Below, one piece after another: positions 56,133 through 64,000 of a stretch of DNA of 64,000 bases (its first letter is position 1; every line of letters begins with the position of its first letter). Both the position numbers and the translations under genes were made by a program. The notes under the pieces were generated by a model. It ran no database searches. It was not told where the DNA came from and worked only from the letters and a program-made list of their open reading frames with translations. The DNA is from Thermoanaerobaculia bacterium (GTDB lineage: Bacteria > Acidobacteriota > Thermoanaerobaculia > Multivoradales > UBA5704), in NCBI GenBank assembly GCA_036264085.1, contig DATARR010000045.1, positions 19,649 to 83,648 on the forward strand, given 5' to 3'.

Positions 56133-57548
56133 TCACTCCGTGTACATCCGGATCGCCCGCTCGATCGCCTGGGTACAGACGGCGCAGTAGGTCTTGGGAT
56201 TGCGGCTGAACATGATGCAGTCCACCTCGGGCCGGTAGAGCCCCTTGGCCTCGTAGGCGGCGCCCTGGAAGGCTCCCACCTTGCCGAAGTACTTCTCGGC
56301 GTGGAGCATGGGCGTCGTCTTCTCGCGGATCTCCTGGAAGAGTGCCTCCATCTGCTCCTCGGGCGCCCCGTGCTCGCGCAGCTCCCGCCGCTTCTTCTCG
56401 TAGGCGAGGACGGTCTTGTCGTAGGCCTCCTGATTCCAGGGCGTGGGGAGCGGCGTGCCGGCGGACACGAGGCCCTTCCACTTCACGTTCTTTGGATCGA
56501 GCAGGGCCGTGACGTTCGGCTCCCAGGGCTCGCTGCCCGGCGGATTGAAGTTCTCGTAGGAGACCTGGGAGGTGTAGTACTCGTCCCCTAGGCCCGCGAA
56601 GGAGTGGCCGAATTCGTGGACCAGGAGATAGGCGGACTCGGCGCTGTCCACGGCGGCCGTGTTCCACAGATTGTAGATTCCGCCGCCGCCGTATTTGCGG
56701 CTGTTGGCGAGGAGGATCAGCGCGTCGTAGGGCGCCTGGGCCGCGATCTCGCGCACCGCCACGTCCGCGAAGGTGAGCATGTAGCGCTCGGAGTCGAAGG
56801 CGTTGTAGGCGAGGCCCAGAGGCGTCCTGCGCCAGGTGCCCGTGCGCGGATCGGTGACCCCGGAGGCGGGGGAGGCGAGGTCGATGGCCCGCACGTTGAA
56901 GTCCGCGCGAAAGCCTTTGAACGGCTCGGTGGCGAACAGGGCGTCCGTCAGCCGCTTGACGTCGGCGTGGAACTTCTCCTTCTCGGCGGCCGTGTAGCCG
57001 TCGCCGAGGATCAGCAGGTCGACCTTGACGGCCGGCGGGCCGTTCTCGAAGACGCTCCAGACGGTCCCCGTCGCGGGCACGGGGGAGCGGTCCACGAAGC
57101 GGCTGGCGGGGTCGGCGACGGTCGAGTAGATCTCACGGAAGGCGCCGTCCGCGGCCCGTTTCTTGAGGACGAGCTGCACCTTCCCGCGCGGCTCGGGGAA
57201 GCGCATGGATTCATGGAAAGTCCGCCAGGTGCCGGCTCCGGCTTCGCCCGTGGTCTCCCATTCGCCATAGATGCTGGAGAAGCCGCGCGACCAGACCGCC
57301 CGGTTGGTGGCGAGGTCGATCACCTCGAAGAGGTACTTGCCGAGGTTGGAGTCGTCCAGCAGCCGGGTGCGGCTGCCCGGCCACTCCCCTTCGAGGCGCA
57401 GACCGTCGAGGCTGACGTGCTCCTCCTTGGCGGTGCCGGAATGGAAGTAGTCGAAGCGCAGGGTCTGGCCGGTGAAGCGAGGATCGAAGCCGGGGGACGG
57501 AACCGCGGCGGCGAGGGCCAGGACGAGGCCGAGGAGGTGGATCGGCAT
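56133..57548 (-). CDS. M64-family (IgA-peptidase-like) zinc metallopeptidase
   Basis: Signal peptide. 'LLVHEFGHSFAGLGDEY' is the M64 HEXXH context. The N-terminal 'TLRFDYFHSG' is an M64 N-domain. Confidence 0.75.
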   Translation of the reverse strand: MPIHLLGLVLALAAAVPSPGFDPRFTGQTLRFDYFHSGTAKEEHVSLDGLRLEGEWPGSRTRLLDDSNLGKYLFEVIDLATNRAVWSRGFSSIYGEWETTGEAGAGTWRTFHESMRFPEPRGKVQLVLKKRAADGAFREIYSTVADPASRFVDRSPVPATGTVWSVFENGPPAVKVDLLILGDGYTAAEKEKFHADVKRLTDALFATEPFKGFRADFNVRAIDLASPASGVTDPRTGTWRRTPLGLAYNAFDSERYMLTFADVAVREIAAQAPYDALILLANSRKYGGGGIYNLWNTAAVDSAESAYLLVHEFGHSFAGLGDEYYTSQVSYENFNPPGSEPWEPNVTALLDPKNVKWKGLVSAGTPLPTPWNQEAYDKTVLAYEKKRRELREHGAPEEQMEALFQEIREKTTPMLHAEKYFGKVGAFQGAAYEAKGLYRPEVDCIMFSRNPKTYCAVCTQAIERAIRMYTE

Positions 57549-57603
57549 GGCGGAGTCTCCTTGTCTCGCTGATCTTATCGCTGGCCGTATACAGTTGGGC
57601 GCC

Positions 57604-58578
57604 GTGAGCGACGATCCCCTCCTTCGCATCTTCCGCGCCGACCGCGGCGACGCCCACGGGCGGCTGGACCGGGTGCTCATGCGCCATCTCGCGGACCGCC
57701 CCGAGGTGACGCGCGCGCAGGTCCAGGCCTGGATCGAAGACGGCCGCGTGCGAGTCAACGGCAGCGTGCCGGCCAAGCCCGCGAGCCGGGTGGCCCTGGC
57801 CGACGAGGTGGAGGTCGTGCTGCGCCCGCCCCCGCCCCGCCGCCAGCCGCAGGCGCAGGAGATGCCGCTTTCGGTGCTCTACGAGGACGAGCACCTGCTG
57901 GCCCTGGAGAAGCCGCCGGGAGTGGTGGTCCATCCCGCGCCGGGGCACCGGGAGGGGACGCTGATCAACGCTCTCCTCTGGCGCGCCCGGGAGTGGGGCG
58001 AGGGGCAGCGGCCCGGGCTGGTGAGCCGTCTCGACCGCGACACGTCGGGCGTGCTGATGGCGGCCAAGACCCCGGCCGCGCACGCCGCCCTGGCCCGCGC
58101 CCTCAAGCACCGCAACGCGGAGAAGGAGTACCTCGCCGTCGCCTACGGCAAGGCGCTCGCCGGCCGCGGACGGATCGAGCTCAAGATCGGCCGCGACCCG
58201 GCGGACCTGCGGCGCCGGATCGCTTCGAAGACGGAGGGCCGGGACAGCGTCACCCTCTACGAGCTGCTGGGGGAGTCCGGCGGCCTCTCTCTCCTGCGCT
58301 GCCGGCTGCTCACCGGCCGCACGCACCAGATCCGCGTTCACCTGCAGGCCCACGGGCTGCCGATCGTCGGCGATCCCCTCTACGGCGAGCCGCGCTGGAA
58401 GGGGATCGGCGAGCCGGCCCTGGCCGCCGCCTGCCGCGACTTCCCCCGCCAGGCCCTCCACGCCCGGCGGCTGGCCTTCGTCCACCCGGCGACCGGCGAG
58501 CGGCTGGAGATCGTCGCGCCGCTGCCGGACGACCTCGCCGGCCTGCTCGCGGCGGCCCGTCTTCAGGGAGACAGCTAG
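57604..58578 (+). CDS. rluD: RluA-family 23S rRNA pseudouridine synthase (RluD-like)
   Basis: N-terminal S4 domain 'RLDRVL...SRAQVQAWI..G.V.VNG'. Catalytic 'SRLDRDTSGVLMAAK' and 'HQIRVHL'. GTG start. Confidence 0.85.
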   Translation: MSDDPLLRIFRADRGDAHGRLDRVLMRHLADRPEVTRAQVQAWIEDGRVRVNGSVPAKPASRVALADEVEVVLRPPPPRRQPQAQEMPLSVLYEDEHLLALEKPPGVVVHPAPGHREGTLINALLWRAREWGEGQRPGLVSRLDRDTSGVLMAAKTPAAHAALARALKHRNAEKEYLAVAYGKALAGRGRIELKIGRDPADLRRRIASKTEGRDSVTLYELLGESGGLSLLRCRLLTGRTHQIRVHLQAHGLPIVGDPLYGEPRWKGIGEPALAAACRDFPRQALHARRLAFVHPATGERLEIVAPLPDDLAGLLAAARLQGDS

Positions 58579-59000
58579 GGAGCCACGGGCTCGACCTGGG
58601 TGACGAAGTACTCGGTTTCGCCGAAGCAGTCGCCGGGCACGCCCTTGTGCTGCTCATAGTGGAGGCGGACGCGCTGGCCGAGGCTCTGGTTGATGCGGCC
58701 GGCCACGGCGTCGTCGCGCACCGAGAAGCGGAAGAGCTCGGGCATCGTGCCGGGGAGGTTGACCATGGCGAGCTCGCCCTCCCAGGTCTTGCACACCCAC
58801 CCCTTGCGGGAGAACTTCTGGACGTACCCCGCCCGCTCCCCGTTCGAGTAGCTGAGGTGGAGGGCGCTCCAGACGTACAGGGCGAAGCCGCCGATCACGA
58901 CGATCAGGAACAGGAGGAGGAACAACAGCGGCTTGCCGCGCCTGCGCGGCCTGGGGGCGGGGGACTGAACGGTTGCGGCCATGGCGGTCTCCTTGGGCAA
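58575..59000 (-). CDS. Membrane-anchored hypothetical protein
   Basis: 141 aa with an N-terminal TM 'LLFLLLFLIVVIGGFALYVW' and a soluble domain I do not recognise. Confidence 0.5.
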   Translation of the reverse strand: MPKETAMAATVQSPAPRPRRRGKPLLFLLLFLIVVIGGFALYVWSALHLSYSNGERAGYVQKFSRKGWVCKTWEGELAMVNLPGTMPELFRFSVRDDAVAGRINQSLGQRVRLHYEQHKGVPGDCFGETEYFVTQVEPVAP

Positions 59001-59111
59001 GGGCCGGACGCCCGCTGGAGATCATTCCACAGAATGGCCGTTCCTGAGCCCGGGAGGCGTATCCTGGACGGGCGGCTCGCGATACCATGCCATGGCCTCC
59101 GGGAGAGCGCG

Positions 59112-59624
59112 ATGATCCGATACCTCGCAGAGCTGGGTCTGGCCTCGCCCCTGAAGCTCAACCGGGCGAACATCGGCTCGCTCGTCGCCAGGAGCGCGGA
59201 CCGCTATGGCGGCGACAGCGCCCGCGAGCTCGACGATTTCATCAAGGTCCTGGGGTTTGCGGACCGACTGGAGCTCTTCTGGGGGCTCTACGGAGTGTTC
59301 ACGAAGCCGCGCCAGGAGCCGCGCCGTTTTTCCAATCAGGCGCTCGCCGGCGCCCTCCTCCTCTACCTGCGGCCGCCGTGCCCCCTCCCCGCCTACGAGG
59401 CGCTCCGCGGCCTCCTCTGCGGCTGGGAGGTGAGCATCGAGGAGCTGCCCTGGTACCTCGCCCTGACCTGCGGCGAGGACGCCGTCTGGAACGCCATCGC
59501 CCAGCTCGACGCCGAGCCGCTCAGCAACCGCGAGCGGCTCGTCCTCCATGCCTTCCGCTACTGGGTGCTCCCCGGCTGGCGGGAGAACCCGCTGGCCCGC
59601 CTGCGCATCGGGGAGGGTGTCTAG
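59112..59624 (+). CDS. Hypothetical protein (170 aa)
   Basis: Genome-typical high GC3 in this frame. Its stop shares a CTAG with the stop of the convergent 1436-aa gene. Confidence 0.45.
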   Translation: MIRYLAELGLASPLKLNRANIGSLVARSADRYGGDSARELDDFIKVLGFADRLELFWGLYGVFTKPRQEPRRFSNQALAGALLLYLRPPCPLPAYEALRGLLCGWEVSIEELPWYLALTCGEDAVWNAIAQLDAEPLSNRERLVLHAFRYWVLPGWRENPLARLRIGEGV

Positions 59625-62600
59625 GGGGGAGGCGAGGGGGGAGGCGCCGCCGCCTCCGTCCGCGGCCGCGGCGGGATCACCACCCGCGGCGGCTTGGGCG
59701 GGAACCACACCCACGGCCGCCAGCCGCCGCCCGTGGTGAAGCTCTCCCAGGCCCAGCGCAGCCAGCGCAGGAGGGCGACGGCGAGCCACAGGGCCCAGGC
59801 GAGCATGGCCAGGCGATAGACCAGCAGCGGCACCGAGAGCATCCAGGCTCCGGGCGGCACGGCGCCGGCGCGGTCCGCGTACCAGCGGAGCTGGGAGGCG
59901 GTGGAGCCGTTGCCGGCGACCTGCATCTCGGGGGTGCCCAGCAGTCCCTGCTGGATGCTCCAGAAGAGGATGCCGAGCGCCACCAGGGTCCAGATCACGA
60001 GCACCAGTTGGACGAGGTCGAAGACCTTGTCACGGCGCACGGCGGCGCCCCGCTCCCGGCGCAGGCCGAGGACGAGGAGCCAGGCGGCCACCAGCCCCCC
60101 GGCCGCGAGCGGCACCTGGGAGAGGCCCACGCCCAGCAGCGCCCAGTCCCGGGTGCGCAGCGGCGTCAGGCGCACCCGGCCCAGGCCCCAGGCCGTCAAC
60201 AGGATCACCAGCAGCAGGCTCCAGAAGAGGACGGCCGGTCCCAGGCGGGGTCCGCCGGCGAGGAGGAGCCAGCGCCCCCGGGGTACGTCGACCGTCGTCA
60301 GGGCGTTGACGCTCGGCGTCTTCAGGTCCACCGCGGGCGTGCGGAAGAGCAGGGAGGTCCCTCGCCTCTCGCGCCAGGCGAGGACCGCCCGCTGCGCGCC
60401 GGGGTGGATGGGCAGGGTGACCCGCCGGCCCTCCTGGCGGATGGGCAGCGGCCGGCCGTCGATCGTCACCGCGGTCAGCTCGGCGCCTGGGGGCAGGACG
60501 ATCGTGTGCTGGCCGCCGCGGCTGCTGCGCAGGGCGAGGTCGAGGGAGACGTCCGTCGAGCGCACCCCGGGGGCCACGCCGAGCTGGCTGCGCACCAGGG
60601 TGAGAGTGCGGCCGGCGATCCCCTCCGGCCGGCTGATGACGAGCTCGACGCGCTCGCCGGGCCAGGGGTGCCACTCGGGGACCCGCACCGCCGCTCCTGC
60701 CGGGACGAGCACGGCGGGGATGCCTTTCGCCTCGAAGTGCCAGATGGGGCTCGCATCGAGCTTCCAGACCTCGGTCCACGCCAGGGTGCGCGGCGCGGTG
60801 AGCACCAGGGCGGGGCGGATGGCGAGCGAGGAGGTCCACGTCACCTCGTCCGTCTGCGGCCCGAGGCTCACCTCGACGGCGCCGTTCTTCACCCGGATGC
60901 CGCTCGTGGTCACCGACTCGCCGGGCAGCAGGGGGACCTCCGCCGCCGCCGGCGCACCCTCGGGCGAGCGGCGGGAGACGCGGGTCTCCACCTGCCAGGT
61001 GAGCCCCAGGCGCACTGTGCGCTCGACCTCCAGGAAAGGGGGGAGGGCGCTCGGCTGGAGGGCTCCGGCCGTCGCTGAGCCACCGGGACCGGTGCCGCGC
61101 ACCCGCGCGAGCTGCAGCGTGTCGTCCGCCTCGCCGTCCTCGTGGACGCCGGAGACGGTCCAGCCGCTGGCCGTGACCTCCACCCGGTGCGGCTTCAAGG
61201 GCAGGGGGATCTGCACGCCGTCGCGCGGCGGCAGCGGACCGGCGAGGAGGATCTCGTGGCGGCCGGGGCCGACCCGTACCCAGAGCCGGCCGTCCTCGGT
61301 GCGGGCGGCCCCCGCCGGCTGGCCGTCCACCTGCACCTCGGCGGGCACCCACTGCTGCGCGCCGCCGGGAATGGGGACGGCCACCTCCGCCGCCGCGCCC
61401 ACCTCGAAGCGGGCGCGCAGGCCGGCCGGCGAGACATCGAGGAAGAGGCGCGGGCTCGCGGCGCAGCCGGGGAAGCAGTCGGGCTTCTCGGTGAGCGCCT
61501 GGCGCAACTGGTCGAGCACGTCCATTGCCGGCGTGGCCGGCGGGTCCTCCGCCCGCGCCAGGGCCGGCATCAAGGGCAGGAGGAGCAGGACGAGGAGGAC
61601 CGCCGCGGCGGCCGGCGGCGTTCCGCCTGAGGAGAGCCGCCAGGGGAGCCGCAGACCCGCGAGGTCGAGGGTCAGCAGCGCCAGCAGGATCAGCAGCGCC
61701 GCCCGCACGAAGGCGAGGAGGCCGTTGGCGAGCGGCGAGAGGAGGAAGAAGCGCACCCGCTGCGACTTCTCGACCGGACCGCTCCAGCGCAGGCTCACCC
61801 GCGTCCACTCCCACTCCGGCAGGCCCGGACCGGTGTCGACCACGGCCCGCGGGTCCACCTCCTGGAGCTCGATGGGCTGCGCCGCCGGCGCCTGTTTCCC
61901 CTTGGCGATCTCCAGACGCATGCCGGCGCGAGGCTTGGGCGCCGGCGGGGGCGGCGGAGGCGGCGGCACGGTGAGAGCTGAAGGCGGGACGGCCGGGGCG
62001 TTCTGGCCGGGCTCGGGAACCTCCCCTCCGGCCCTGGTCTCCTCCGCCGCACCGCTGCGGCCGAACGAGCTCAGCGCGTCTGCCGAGTACGCCGAGCCCA
62101 GGGAGGCCTGGAGCGTCCGGTCCTGCACTTCGCCGCCGGCCTGGATCGACACCTCGGGCCGCTCCAGGGCGGGGTAGATCGCCTGGCGCACCTGCCTGGC
62201 CACGAAGGCGACGAGGACGAGGATCAGACCGGCCCGCGCGATCACCGACCCCGCACGCACCAGCGTCCGCAGGCGGCCGTCCGCGGGGAGGAGCCGGCGC
62301 AGCGCCTCCAGGGCGAGCACCACGATCCAGACCCACTGCGGCGCGTCCGGCTCCTGCCAACTGAGGACCATGGCGGCGAGCGCGATCAGCCCCCAGCGCG
62401 TCCCCCACAGGTGGCGGACGGCGAGGGCGATGATGAGGACGAGGAAGAGGTCGAGCAGCGTCCAGCGGCCGATCCAGGTGCCAGGCACTTCGTCGATGCC
62501 GGTGGCGCCCAGGATGCGCCAGCCCGGAGGGAGGTGGAGCTCGCCGGTGACCTGCTGGAAATCGTGGTCCCAGCCTACGGCGGGGAGGGCCCAGGCGTCC

Positions 62601-63931
62601 TCGATCCGCCCTTCGGCGCCGAGCACGACGGTGCCCTGGCGGACTTCGATCCCCGCCAGGCGCGAGCCGGCGCGGCGGGTGATCACCTGCTCGCGGCCGG
62701 CGATGGCCACGCGCTCCAGGCGGCTGGGCGGGGCCATCTCCAGGCGCCAGCTCCGGGTGAGGGTGCCGGCCAGCCGGTCCGACCAGGTGTAGCCGCCGCC
62801 GTCGAAGTCGAGCCAGAGGATACGGTGGAGCGCCAGCCGGTCCGGCGCCGGATCGGCGTCGCCCCGCCGGTGCTCGGCGAAGCGCAAGGTCTCGCCGGGC
62901 CGCAGACGATAAGCAGGCAGCTTCTTCCACTCCTCCGGCAGGCTCGTCTGCTGGGGATCGACGGCCGCCACCCCCTCGACGTCGGCGAGGCGCAGGCTGG
63001 GCTGGGCTTCGAAGACCCAGACCTCCTCGTTGGCCCACGGGCCGCCCGGCGCCGGCGCCGTGAGGGCGCTGACCGGGCCGTCGTGGCGGGCCGTGAGCTC
63101 CAGCGTCCAGGAGCCGGGGCGCACCTGCACGCGCAGCCGGCCGTCGGGCTCGATGCGGGCGGGCAGCGACGACGCCAGCTCCAGGGGGATGAAACGGTCG
63201 GGGAGGGCGCGGCCGAGGAGCACCTCGCGCGCCTTGCCGGAGACCGCGAGCTGGAGCCGCGTCACCAGCACGAGCGGCACCGCGTCGATCACCTTCCGGT
63301 GGACGATGACCTCCAGGCTCTCGGCCTCGGTCGCCGCGGCGGCGCTCGCGCGCTGGAGGAAGATCCGGCCGTCCGCGTCGCGATCGGGGAACGGCACTGC
63401 GGCGCCGCGCACGGTGAGCGATACGAGCCCCACCTCCTGCGACAGGTCGAGCGACTCGGGGAGCGAGTCCCAGCGGAAGGCTCCCGCCAGGGTGTGGCGC
63501 CCGGCCGGCAGCCAGATCCCCGGCGCGCCATCGTTCTCGACGGCGGCGGCGGGCCGGCCGTCGACCGTCAGCTCCACGGGCCAGTGCTTCTCCTCGCCGG
63601 GCAGGGGCACGAAACCCGGGATCTGAAGCGTCCACTCCTGGCGGAATCGTCCCTCCTTCTCGCCGAGATCGAGAGCCAGCCGGCCGGGCCAGTCGCACTG
63701 TGTCCCGGCCGTGCCCGCATCCGCCGCGCCGAGGAAGAACGGGCAGACCTCATGCTCGTGGCCGCGCATCACCCAGTCCGTCCAGGTCTGGAGCGGCGCG
63801 GGGATGCGGTCCTTCGGGATCGGGCCCGCCGCCAGCGACGGAGCGGCGAGGAGGGACAGAGCCAGCAGCAGAAGAGCGCGGCGAATCACGGGCCACCTCC
63901 TCGGAAGAGTCCTGCTCAGAGAGTTGGACAC
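59621..63931 (-). CDS. Very large (1436 aa) internally duplicated membrane protein, function unknown
   Basis: N-terminal signal peptide. Two homologous ectodomain modules each begin with a Cys pair and 'VP(L/I)PG...VDG(R/Q)PA', and each is followed by a TM cluster. A poly-Pro linker 'PPPPPPPPAP' joins them. Confidence 0.65.
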   Translation of the reverse strand: MSNSLSRTLPRRWPVIRRALLLLALSLLAAPSLAAGPIPKDRIPAPLQTWTDWVMRGHEHEVCPFFLGAADAGTAGTQCDWPGRLALDLGEKEGRFRQEWTLQIPGFVPLPGEEKHWPVELTVDGRPAAAVENDGAPGIWLPAGRHTLAGAFRWDSLPESLDLSQEVGLVSLTVRGAAVPFPDRDADGRIFLQRASAAAATEAESLEVIVHRKVIDAVPLVLVTRLQLAVSGKAREVLLGRALPDRFIPLELASSLPARIEPDGRLRVQVRPGSWTLELTARHDGPVSALTAPAPGGPWANEEVWVFEAQPSLRLADVEGVAAVDPQQTSLPEEWKKLPAYRLRPGETLRFAEHRRGDADPAPDRLALHRILWLDFDGGGYTWSDRLAGTLTRSWRLEMAPPSRLERVAIAGREQVITRRAGSRLAGIEVRQGTVVLGAEGRIEDAWALPAVGWDHDFQQVTGELHLPPGWRILGATGIDEVPGTWIGRWTLLDLFLVLIIALAVRHLWGTRWGLIALAAMVLSWQEPDAPQWVWIVVLALEALRRLLPADGRLRTLVRAGSVIARAGLILVLVAFVARQVRQAIYPALERPEVSIQAGGEVQDRTLQASLGSAYSADALSSFGRSGAAEETRAGGEVPEPGQNAPAVPPSALTVPPPPPPPPAPKPRAGMRLEIAKGKQAPAAQPIELQEVDPRAVVDTGPGLPEWEWTRVSLRWSGPVEKSQRVRFFLLSPLANGLLAFVRAALLILLALLTLDLAGLRLPWRLSSGGTPPAAAAVLLVLLLLPLMPALARAEDPPATPAMDVLDQLRQALTEKPDCFPGCAASPRLFLDVSPAGLRARFEVGAAAEVAVPIPGGAQQWVPAEVQVDGQPAGAARTEDGRLWVRVGPGRHEILLAGPLPPRDGVQIPLPLKPHRVEVTASGWTVSGVHEDGEADDTLQLARVRGTGPGGSATAGALQPSALPPFLEVERTVRLGLTWQVETRVSRRSPEGAPAAAEVPLLPGESVTTSGIRVKNGAVEVSLGPQTDEVTWTSSLAIRPALVLTAPRTLAWTEVWKLDASPIWHFEAKGIPAVLVPAGAAVRVPEWHPWPGERVELVISRPEGIAGRTLTLVRSQLGVAPGVRSTDVSLDLALRSSRGGQHTIVLPPGAELTAVTIDGRPLPIRQEGRRVTLPIHPGAQRAVLAWRERRGTSLLFRTPAVDLKTPSVNALTTVDVPRGRWLLLAGGPRLGPAVLFWSLLLVILLTAWGLGRVRLTPLRTRDWALLGVGLSQVPLAAGGLVAAWLLVLGLRRERGAAVRRDKVFDLVQLVLVIWTLVALGILFWSIQQGLLGTPEMQVAGNGSTASQLRWYADRAGAVPPGAWMLSVPLLVYRLAMLAWALWLAVALLRWLRWAWESFTTGGGWRPWVWFPPKPPRVVIPPRPRTEAAAPPPSPPP

Positions 63932-63961
63932 GATGGTACCTCACCAGGAAACCGGGAAGAA

Positions 63962-63998
63962 CACGGACGAGCACGGACGGACACGGACGAGCACGGAC
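63962..63998. repeat. Four CACGGAC heptamers at exact 10-bp spacing upstream of the 1436-aa gene; the array may continue beyond the window
   Basis: CACGGAC at 63962, 63972, 63982 and 63992. The orientation relative to the downstream gene is the same as at 49211-49247. Confidence 0.8.
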
Positions 63999-64000
63999 AA

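Noticed and set aside
57993-59624. 543-aa plus-strand ORF spanning rluD, the antisense of 58575..59000 and 59112..59624.
   Set aside because: It is a composite of out-of-frame and antisense read-through. Only the last 170 codons (59112..59624) show genome-typical codon bias.

Overview
This is a GC-rich bacterial chromosomal segment, roughly two-thirds or more G+C by eye. Long antisense 'shadow' ORFs lie opposite almost every real gene. Gene content suggests a soil or sediment high-GC lineage such as Acidobacteriota, but I cannot assign taxonomy from sequence alone. I can support about 55 protein genes and found no rRNA, tRNA or CRISPR.

Housekeeping and envelope genes:
- A dnaK-hsp20-hspR heat-shock operon, with dnaK broken by a 2-nt frameshift.
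- A DnaC-like ATPase and a SpoIID/SPOR lipoprotein.
- deoC plus a fused double aldehyde dehydrogenase.
- An ExbB/TolQ-like channel and a polyprenyl synthase.
- An RsbW/STAS partner-switching pair coupled to a CPBP protease.
- An Nramp-Usp fusion.
- A TolC/MFP/RND efflux operon.
- PepSY, PAP2, DedA and a CheY-like receiver.
- A tricorn-like protease, a GT4 glycosyltransferase and an SCP2 protein.
- An APC permease, a POT transporter, an M64 peptidase and RluD.

Accessory and unusual content:
1. A class II lanthipeptide locus with two mersacidin-type LanA precursors, a 1100-aa LanM and a divergent third Cys/Ser/Thr-rich leader-peptide gene. No transporter or immunity genes are nearby.
2. A strictly phased array of 22 x 21 bp, each unit carrying a GGAC-N2-GTCC palindrome, directly behind an orphan ExbB-like gene.
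3. A dispersed family of four-copy, 10-bp-phased GTCCGTG heptamers at three loci.
4. A 530-bp gene-free region containing a roughly 65-nt-arm inverted repeat.
5. A vapBC cassette bracketed by diverged direct repeats of the RND pump 3' end, next to a markedly lower-GC secreted-protein gene.
6. A signalling block: an EBP with a degenerate GAFTGA loop, an HEXXH/TPR protein, a Cache/PAS kinase and a divergent winged-helix protein.
7. A 1436-aa internally duplicated membrane protein.
8. A plant-type 24-residue LRR protein.

All functional calls are motif-level recognition by eye; no database search was run.
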